64,000 nt of DNA from Candidatus Woesearchaeota archaeon. Lineage in GTDB: Archaea; Nanobdellota; Nanobdellia; Woesearchaeales; GW2011-AR4. Where the stretch lies: positions 1 through 64,000 of the forward strand of contig JACOZN010000010.1 in assembly GCA_016181305.1 (NCBI GenBank), written 5' to 3'. A model generated the notes under the pieces. That model was not told where the DNA came from, made no database searches, and saw only the letters and a list, made by a program, of their open reading frames with translations. Made by a program: the position numbers and the translations under genes. Below, in pieces: positions 1 to 6,296 of the stretch. Position 1 is the first letter of the stretch, and the number at the start of each line of letters is the position of its first letter.

Positions 1-106
1 CAGAAAACATCATAAAAGCAAAAACCAATAAAATAGAGAATAAGAGCAATATATTTATCTTGCCGTCTTGAGAATTAAACAAACTCCTAGTCTCCTCTTT
101 TTTCAT
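1..106 (-). CDS. Partial CDS (N-terminus only, runs off window); secreted or membrane protein
   Basis: ATG at 106 preceded by an AGAGGAGTGA RBS (reverse complement of 111-120). Reads MKKEETRSLFNSQDGKINILLLFSILLVFAFMMFS, with a hydrophobic segment. Confidence 0.6.
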   Translation of the reverse strand, partial: MKKEETRSLFNSQDGKINILLLFSILLVFAFMMFS

Positions 107-289
107 TAATTCACTCCTCTTTATGCGGCGTATATTTAAGGGCTATTGGTTTGGCAGCATATATTTAAATCTTTTGCTTTAGGCATATAGTTTATATACA
201 GCCAGCTTTCCATCCAAGCTTATGCCTGAAAACACCAAACCCCCTTTTCAGGTTGACAAAATGAAATTGTATTTAAACTTTTCGCTATG

Positions 290-538
290 TCAAAAACCAT
301 TAGTCGTAAATTTGAGTAATTTTGCTTATCGCAAACTACCCCAATGGTTTTTGAGCATGCTCAGAAATTTTTGAAATATAGACGGGAAAATACTATTAGT
401 CACTCAATAAAAGTGGTAAAAATTTCTGACATTTAAGGGATAAATATAGAGAACTTTGAATAATCCATTATTTCCACTATTTCATTCAAAGTTCTCTTAG
501 AGAATTTTGACAAAATTGATATATTTCAAAATTCTCTA
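290..538. repeat. Array of four consecutive perfect inverted repeats (12-14 bp arms) in an intergenic region
   Basis: Arm pairs: 290-301/343-354 TCAAAAACCATT, 361-372/418-429 TCAGAAATTTTT, 448-461/484-497 AGAGAACTTTGAAT, 498-510/526-538 TAGAGAATTTTGA. Also a 12-nt palindrome TGAGCATGCTCA at 352-363. Confidence 0.8.
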
Positions 539-576
539 TATAGCCAAACAGCTATTTTGGAAAATATTTTTGGCAA

Positions 577-1026
577 ATGATAAGGAACCAGACAAAAAAT
601 AAGATTATTGCAAGTGATGCAAAACTATGCAGTGATATTTTCTCAAAATCACTTGGCTTGATGTTCTCAAAACAATCAAAAATCGATAAACGATTTTTGG
701 TGCGAGAGAATTCAAAGAATTCTCTGCACACAAAATTCAAGAATTTTGTTGTGCCCAGAAATTCTAAAGAATTTCTCGGGAAGAAAAATAAGGCATTGAT
801 TTTCAAATTCGGCAGGGAAAAAATAATTGCTTTGCACATGGTTTTTGTATTCTACCCGATTGATGTCTTATTTCTAGACAAAAGCAAAATTGTAGTTGAT
901 ATAAAACAAAACTTCAAGCCATTTACATTCTATAAATCAGGGAGAAGGGCGATGTATGCTATAGAACTGCCGAATGGCGTTATTAAAAAAACAAGGACGG
1001 AGATTGGGGATCGAATTAAGTTTTGA
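577..1026 (+). CDS. DUF192 family protein carrying an in-frame palindromic insertion
   Basis: DUF192 motifs 'GLMF', 'LHMVFVFYPIDVLFLD' and 'YAIELPNG'. About 35 extra residues after GLMFSKQ correspond to a hairpin array. Confidence 0.85.
   Translation: MIRNQTKNKIIASDAKLCSDIFSKSLGLMFSKQSKIDKRFLVRENSKNSLHTKFKNFVVPRNSKEFLGKKNKALIFKFGREKIIALHMVFVFYPIDVLFLDKSKIVVDIKQNFKPFTFYKSGRRAMYAIELPNGVIKKTRTEIGDRIKF
677..780. mobile_element. Four-hairpin palindromic element inserted in frame in the DUF192 gene
   Basis: Stems: CAAAAATCG/CGATTTTTG (677-699), AGAGAATTC/GAATTCTCT (705-725), ACAAAATTC/GAATTTTGT (730-749), AGAAATTCT/AGAATTTCT (757-776). Confidence 0.7.
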
Positions 1027-1111
1027 AAAAAATGACTCTGATAAAAATTTATTCAATAACGAATAAAAATCAAACAAAAAGCGGAGCGATAAAAATTGGA
1101 TAATAAAAGAT

Positions 1112-1180
1112 TAAAAATCACGATAGCGACTTTTATAAGCCAGCGTGATTAAAGTAATCCGCTTGTGATTGCATTACAAA
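1112..1180. repeat. 69-bp dispersed intergenic repeat, copy A (copy B at 14962-15030)
   Basis: TAAAAATCACGATAGCGAC-N23-GTAATCCGCTTGTGATTGCATTACAAA. Flanks are 43/46 identical to copy B. Contains the stem AATCAC..AGCG/CGCT..GTGATT. Confidence 0.75.
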
Positions 1181-1194
1181 TAAAAACAACAATC

Positions 1195-1202
1195 TTTAAA
1201 TA
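1195..1202 (+). promoter_or_regulatory. Archaeal TATA box for the tRNA-Trp gene
   Basis: TTTAAATA 28-35 nt upstream of tRNA G1 (1230). Confidence 0.65.
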
Positions 1203-1244
1203 ACGACAATTAAAACTATATCTTATTTCGGGGACGTCGTATAA

Positions 1245-1261
1245 AGGAGCAATCCGTACAG
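1245..1261 (+). other. tRNA intron 1 (17 nt, position 15/16)
   Basis: Central helix GTAT(1239-42)/GTAC(1256-59), 3-nt bulges AA^A and AG^C, inner hairpin GGA-GCAA-TCC. Confidence 0.85.
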
Positions 1262-1285
1262 CCTGGCTATTATCACCGGCTCCAG

Positions 1286-1329
1286 CATTGGAGCGATGAG
1301 TCGCAAGACGATGAATTACTGAAGGTGAT
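1286..1329 (+). other. tRNA intron 2 (44 nt, canonical 37/38) with box C/D-like guide elements
   Basis: Relaxed BHB (CTCC/GGTG helix with one U-U mismatch). Contains TTGGAGC, antisense to the anticodon loop, followed by ATGA, then ACGATGA and CTGA. Confidence 0.85.
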
Positions 1330-1337
1330 ACCGGTGG

Positions 1338-1366
1338 ATTTTAGTAAGAAATTACTAAGAGCCGAA
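1338..1366 (+). other. tRNA intron 3 (29 nt, position 45/46, variable region)
   Basis: Central helix CGGT(1332-35)/GCCG(1361-64), bulges GG^A and AA^A, 9-bp inner stem with a GAAA tetraloop (1339-1360). Confidence 0.85.
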
Positions 1367-1379
1367 ATTAGGGTTCGAA

Positions 1380-1391
1380 ACAAAGCGAAAA
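1380..1391 (+). other. tRNA intron 4 (12 nt, position 59/60, T-loop)
   Basis: Central helix TTCG(1374-77)/CGAA(1386-89), bulges AA^A and AA^T, outer helix is the T-stem. Removal restores TTCGAAT. Confidence 0.85.
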
Positions 1392-1406
1392 TCCCTACGT
1401 CCCCAC

Positions 1407-2900
1407 TTATTTTTTCCTTCTGCCTATTTTTTCCAGAGCCCTAAACAGCGGCCTGTAGAATTCTATCAGCAGGATTATTGCCAAAGAAATCAAAATTCCA
1501 GTGATGAAATAAGGGTAATAATATTTTAGGATTTCTTTTGAGAATGGAAAATCAAACTTCCATGCTGAAAAAAACAGCAATGAAAAAACTGCAATTAATG
1601 AAATCAAAAACCATTTCAGGCTGAATTTTCTTGTTTTGAACTCTGGTTTTTTGGCTTCCTTTGCTTTCTGCCGGGCTTCCCTGGCAGCCTTCAAAGCCTT
1701 TAATCTTGCTTTTCTTACACGATAATTTTTATACGATGTTTTTATCTTATTTTTTATTTGCCGCCTGAGAATAAACAAAATGACTAAAACAAGCAATAAA
1801 ACATAAATATAGTATTGATAATAAACAAATAATGATTTTACATCTGCAAACTTATTTCTTTTCAAAACAACATCAATATTCTTTGAATACGCAATATCGC
1901 CAAAATTGGCATTTATCTTTATTGTATATGTTCCCTCCGGAACATCATTGCCGGGATTTAAATGCAAGTTTACGCCGCCATACTGCTGCGGGTTCACAGC
2001 AATTTCTTTGGCATCGACAGAAACCCAGTCAGGAGCTTCCAGACTGATTTTGTAGCCTGCCTGCCTGATTCCATCATTTTTTATTTTTATTAAAATGTAC
2101 TCTTCTGAATAATAATTTGTTATTTTTGAATCTGAAACAAAATCAGCCTTGTAGCAGCCGTATTTCGGCACAACCTCAATGGATAATTTTTTTTCCGATT
2201 TTATCGACGGCAGGCTTTTTATTGCGGCGCTTACAAACACGTCAAAAACGCCCTTTGCGCCTGCAGGAATATCCGCATTGAACTCAAATTTCCGACTTCC
2301 GCCCGCATCGATGGAATATTTATTTTCATCCATGCTTATCCAGTTAGGCCCCTGGATGCCAAGCTCAAACTCATTTTCCTCATTGCCCTCATTGGCAATT
2401 TTTCCTGTGTATTTTTTAACTGCACCGCCGCAAACCCTGTCATAGCCCTTTTCAAGCTCCAGGCTCAGTGAGTGGCATTTCTCGACGCTTACGTCAATGG
2501 CAAGGCTTCTTTCAATATTTCCAGCCAAAGAAGCGCCATTTACTTTTATGCTGTATTTACCTTCTGCATCACTGCCGGGATTTAAATTCAGGAATACAAC
2601 GCCGCTCTGCTTTTTTGGCAATGCAAATTCATTGGCATTCAGGCTTGCCCAGCCCGGGCCTGCAGCATCCAAAGAATACCTGCTGCCGATATTTGCCTTG
2701 TTTACAACCATTATCGGGATTGATTTTTCCTCATTCTGGCACATATTGTAAGTGCCGCTGTAAAGCTCAAAATCAATGCTTTTTTCGCCCTGCTTCAAGC
2801 CATAAAATTTTCCTGGGGATAATGAGAAGTCCTGCGCATAAGCCCGGCTAATCAAAAACAAGAATACGAAAAGCACCAGCATCTTTTTTATCTGATTCAT
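1407..2900 (-). CDS. Cell-surface protein with signal peptide, several NEW3/Ig-like domains and C-terminal TM helices
   Basis: Likely start is ATG 2900 (MNQIKKMLVLFVFLFLISRAYA) rather than 2978. Repeated 'I.N.G.....Y.L...GP.W.S' beta-sandwich motifs. Three hydrophobic C-terminal segments. Confidence 0.75.
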   Translation of the reverse strand: MNQIKKMLVLFVFLFLISRAYAQDFSLSPGKFYGLKQGEKSIDFELYSGTYNMCQNEEKSIPIMVVNKANIGSRYSLDAAGPGWASLNANEFALPKKQSGVVFLNLNPGSDAEGKYSIKVNGASLAGNIERSLAIDVSVEKCHSLSLELEKGYDRVCGGAVKKYTGKIANEGNEENEFELGIQGPNWISMDENKYSIDAGGSRKFEFNADIPAGAKGVFDVFVSAAIKSLPSIKSEKKLSIEVVPKYGCYKADFVSDSKITNYYSEEYILIKIKNDGIRQAGYKISLEAPDWVSVDAKEIAVNPQQYGGVNLHLNPGNDVPEGTYTIKINANFGDIAYSKNIDVVLKRNKFADVKSLFVYYQYYIYVLLLVLVILFILRRQIKNKIKTSYKNYRVRKARLKALKAAREARQKAKEAKKPEFKTRKFSLKWFLISLIAVFSLLFFSAWKFDFPFSKEILKYYYPYFITGILISLAIILLIEFYRPLFRALEKIGRRKK

Positions 2901-2919
2901 GAAATTAAATTTGACACAG

Positions 2920-4962
2920 TCAGTAATAAGCCTGCATTTCTTCCTGCGCTTCCTCTTCTGAACCGCTGCCCTGCACAAGCCTCTTGACGCCGAAAAATAA
3001 GGCTACTGCGACAAGCAAAACCACAAAGCCGATGAGCAGCACCCCAAGTATATTTTTTAGGTTGGCTGCCAACAGCCCTTTTCCCTCAACAACATTGGCT
3101 TTCAGCGGGATCTGCTTCAGCTCCCTGTCATTGCTTTTTATGGTTGCCACAAATATCTGCTCGCCTTTTGAAGCAGCTGTTGCGGAAGCATAAACATTAA
3201 TTGTTTTCGACTCTTTTGGCTCGAGCACAAATGTGTTTGAGTCTGAAAGCCTGAATCCTGCCCAGTCTCCGCCGTCAAGCAGCAGCGTGTAGGAATTTGC
3301 GTCAGGGCCATTGTTTGTAAGCATTATAGGGTATATAGCTTCGGTGCCGTCATTTTTCATGCTCTGCTTCAGCACCGGCACGTTGATTAAAAGCCTGTCA
3401 TTTACAATCTGCTTTTCCTGATCGCCTTTGCCGAGGATAAAAACAGGAATCTCCTTTACCTCGCTCTCGCTGCCGAACTGCGATGTTACCTCCGACCTCA
3501 AAGTATAAGTTCCAGTAGGCGTATTGTCAAGTATTTTCAGCACGAACTCCTCGCTTGCCTCTGTGCCAAATCCCTCTATGCTGTCTGCAAATTTTGAGGC
3601 TGAAACTCCAAGCTCGGGAATGCTTACTTTTACATTCACGCCGTCAAGAGGCACTACTCCGCTGTTCCTGAACCTTACCTTTGCAATAAGATTTTTGCCG
3701 GCCTCTGCATTGCTTTCAGGGCTCAATGAGATGCTGCTTATAACGAAAGGAAACCTTTTCTTGCTTATCTTCAGGCCATACACTTTCTCCTCTGAATCGC
3801 CTTCAGCGTCAACAACCCTGACTTTAAGCTTGAAGCTGTTCTGCTCAAAGCTGCCAATCAGCGGAAGCTCGAGCTTCTTGACTGTATTTTCGCCTTCAGA
3901 TATGTCAAAGACTGCTGTTGCATCAGCCACAACATCGCCGTTTTCAAAAGCCAGAACAGCGTCTATATGCGCGTCTTCGATGTCTTCAAGCGATGTCAGC
4001 CTTACCCTCAGGTCCAGCTCCTTCTTGCTTTCCCCTATGACTACAAAATTGTTCTCGTTTTCAGCAACAACCCTGCTTTCAACTTCCACACTGTCTACTG
4101 AAATGTCCAAATTCCTTGAACTGCCGCCACCTGAAACTCCATTGCCGTTGCCATCTTTCATCCTAAGTCCATAGACTTTCTGCACTGAATCTCCTTCAGC
4201 GTCTGCAATCCTTACAGCCAGCTCAAACGAGCTGCTGTCCTTAAGCTTGTCAAGCAGCTCAAGGCTAAGCAAAATCGAGGAGCTTGAATCCTGGCTCAAG
4301 TCAAAATTTGAAGAGGCGTCTGCAACAACATTGCCGCTTCTCAAGTCCTTCAAAATCGCCTCAACACGCGCGTCTTCCAAATCCTCAAGGGCTGTGAATT
4401 CAACCAAAACATCAAAATCATTGCTTTCTTCTATGAAATTGGTTCTTGACTCGGCAACAACCTTATTGTTTACAAATACCCTGTCTATTGAAACGTCAAG
4501 CCTGCCTCTTGTCCTTGTATCCCTTGTCTTTATCCCATAGGTTTTCTGCTCTGAATTTCCCCTGATGTCGACAATCTTTACAGTCAAGTCAAACTCGTCT
4601 TCCCTCTTAAGCCCGTCTGTAAGGACAAGGTTCAGCAATACAATGGAGTTTTGCCCTTCAAACATGTCAAAAGTGCCTGTTGCATCTGACACGACATCGC
4701 CGGACTGTCTCCCCCTCAAAACTGCTTCCACGTGCCCGTCGTCAAGCGCCCTCACGGCTGTAAACTCGGCTATGACTGAGAATGCGTTTGCATCATCCAT
4801 AAGGTTGCTTCTTGACTCTGTCACGACATTGCCATTGGCTGTAACCCTGTCAATTGACACGTCAAAGCCTGAAAAGCTTGATGTGCCTGCATAAGAAATA
4901 CCGCTAAATAAAGATGCAAAAACAAGCAATAATGCCGTTAAAGTGAATAGTTTTTTAGCCAT
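2920..4962 (-). CDS. Putative S-layer/surface protein: three ~115-aa tandem repeats, CARDB/NEW3-like domains, C-terminal TM anchor
   Basis: Signal peptide. Three repeats starting D(V/I)S(I/V)D(R/S)V and ending K(T/V)YG(I/L)(K/R), at about nt 4865-3770. C-terminal hydrophobic helix. Confidence 0.75.
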   Translation of the reverse strand: MAKKLFTLTALLLVFASLFSGISYAGTSSFSGFDVSIDRVTANGNVVTESRSNLMDDANAFSVIAEFTAVRALDDGHVEAVLRGRQSGDVVSDATGTFDMFEGQNSIVLLNLVLTDGLKREDEFDLTVKIVDIRGNSEQKTYGIKTRDTRTRGRLDVSIDRVFVNNKVVAESRTNFIEESNDFDVLVEFTALEDLEDARVEAILKDLRSGNVVADASSNFDLSQDSSSSILLSLELLDKLKDSSSFELAVRIADAEGDSVQKVYGLRMKDGNGNGVSGGGSSRNLDISVDSVEVESRVVAENENNFVVIGESKKELDLRVRLTSLEDIEDAHIDAVLAFENGDVVADATAVFDISEGENTVKKLELPLIGSFEQNSFKLKVRVVDAEGDSEEKVYGLKISKKRFPFVISSISLSPESNAEAGKNLIAKVRFRNSGVVPLDGVNVKVSIPELGVSASKFADSIEGFGTEASEEFVLKILDNTPTGTYTLRSEVTSQFGSESEVKEIPVFILGKGDQEKQIVNDRLLINVPVLKQSMKNDGTEAIYPIMLTNNGPDANSYTLLLDGGDWAGFRLSDSNTFVLEPKESKTINVYASATAASKGEQIFVATIKSNDRELKQIPLKANVVEGKGLLAANLKNILGVLLIGFVVLLVAVALFFGVKRLVQGSGSEEEAQEEMQAYY

Positions 4963-5156
4963 TTGCCCCCGCTCTTATTATATACTCTTGTATGTGATAC
5001 TCTGGCAGTAATACTTACCCCTTTTTAAAGTTTTCGTTATTTTATAGTAGTTACATTTATTGGGAAAAGCGGATTCCCTGCATCAATACCCATAAAACCA
5101 CCCGGCACTATATATATAAACCAAAATATATAAACCAAAAACAACTACCAAAATGC

Positions 5157-6245
5157 ATGATAACAATAATAGGAGCAGGCCCTGCAGGCTCTTATCTTGG
5201 CTATTTGCTGGCAAAGCAGGGCAAAAAAGTGGCAATTCTTGAAGAGCATAATATAATAGGCAGCCCTGTGCAATGCACCGGAATAGTCACGCATTCAATT
5301 GAAAAATTCTTCAAGCTGAAAAATGAGGTTATTGCAGAAAAGCTGGACAAAGTTATTGTAGCGGGCAAAAGCAACAGGATAGAAGTGAACGTTGACGAAA
5401 TTGTAATGTGGCGTGACAAATTTGACAAATTCGTTGCAGAGATGGCCGAGGATGCCGGCGCTGAGATTTTATTAAACCATAAATTTATCGGGATTGGCGG
5501 CAGGAATATGATAAAAGCAAGGAACACAAAAAACAACAAAATAAAAGAGATAAAAACTGACGCAATTGTGGGGGCAGACGGCCCTTATTCTGCTGTTGCA
5601 AAGGCAGCAGGAATCAACCCGGCAAGGAGCTATATCGGCATGCAGGCAAAAGTAAAGCTTGCAATGGACACAACTGCGTTTGAGACTTATTTCGGCTCAG
5701 ATTTTCCGAATTTTTTCGGATGGGTTGTTCCAGAGTCAGAAAATACTGCAAGATTGGGCATTGGCTGCTTTGAAAACGCTCAGGAATACTTTTACAGGTT
5801 TCTCAAAAAAAGGACAGGCAAAAAAGATGTGCTTTGTTGGGAATCGGGATTAATACCATTGTACAATCCAAAAAAGCCAATACAAAAAGGCAATGTGTAC
5901 CTGATTGGGGATGCTGCGACTCAAGTCAAGGCAACTACAGGCGGCGGAATCATTCCGTCTCTTAAAGCTGCTCAAACTTTATGCGGCTGCATCGCAAATA
6001 ACAAAGACTACAACAAAGAGTTTAGAAGGCATTCCGGAAGGGAACTCCGCCTGCACTTAATGATAAGGAATATGCTGAACAAATTTTCCGACAGGGATTA
6101 CGACAAGCTTCTTGGACTGATGGCCCAGGAGAAAGTAAGGAAAATATTGAAAAAATATGACAGGGACTCTCCAATACCGCTGGTTGCAAACCTTCTTCTC
6201 AAGGAGCCGAGGTTTTTGTTATTCGGGAAAATGCTTTTTGCCTAA
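5157..6245 (+). CDS. Geranylgeranyl reductase family FAD-dependent oxidoreductase
   Basis: GAGPAG Rossmann motif, 'VGADGPYS', 'FGWVVP', 'LIGDAATQVKATTGGGI'. Confidence 0.88.
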   Translation: MITIIGAGPAGSYLGYLLAKQGKKVAILEEHNIIGSPVQCTGIVTHSIEKFFKLKNEVIAEKLDKVIVAGKSNRIEVNVDEIVMWRDKFDKFVAEMAEDAGAEILLNHKFIGIGGRNMIKARNTKNNKIKEIKTDAIVGADGPYSAVAKAAGINPARSYIGMQAKVKLAMDTTAFETYFGSDFPNFFGWVVPESENTARLGIGCFENAQEYFYRFLKKRTGKKDVLCWESGLIPLYNPKKPIQKGNVYLIGDAATQVKATTGGGIIPSLKAAQTLCGCIANNKDYNKEFRRHSGRELRLHLMIRNMLNKFSDRDYDKLLGLMAQEKVRKILKKYDRDSPIPLVANLLLKEPRFLLFGKMLFA

Positions 6246-6296
6246 CAAAAAGCTTTTAAAACGCACTCTATCCCTCCGAAAAGGTGGTCTGAACTT

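Larger units (their letters stand above)
1230..1405 (+). tRNA. trnW: tRNA-Trp (anticodon CCA) interrupted by four BHB introns (15/16, 37/38, 45/46, 59/60)
   Basis: Exons 1230-1244, 1262-1285, 1330-1337, 1367-1379 and 1392-1405 join to GGGGACG TC GTAT AACCTGGCTA TTAT C ACCGG CTCCAGA CCGGT GGAT TAGGG TTCGAAT CCCTA CGTCCCC A (74 nt). This has a perfect acceptor, anticodon and T stem. No CCA end is encoded. Confidence 0.92.

Noticed and set aside
1112-1180. CRISPR repeat-spacer-repeat reading of the 69-bp element
   Set aside because: The two flanks differ from each other, there is no array and no cas gene. No CRISPR array was seen anywhere in the window.
1295-1314. Hammerhead-ribozyme-like stretch GATGAGTC-GCAA-GACGA
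   Set aside because: It lacks the invariant CUGAUGA and GAAA core (reads GCGAUGA and GAUG) and is better explained as C/D boxes in the tRNA intron.
1230-1405. RNase P RNA, SRP RNA or group II intron domain V for the structured 176-nt region
   Set aside because: The conserved regions of those RNAs are absent, and a tRNA-Trp with four BHB introns explains every helix.
5112-5139. 14-bp tandem duplication ATATATAAACCAAA in the reductase promoter
   Set aside because: Real, but most simply a slippage duplication of the TATA region with only two units.
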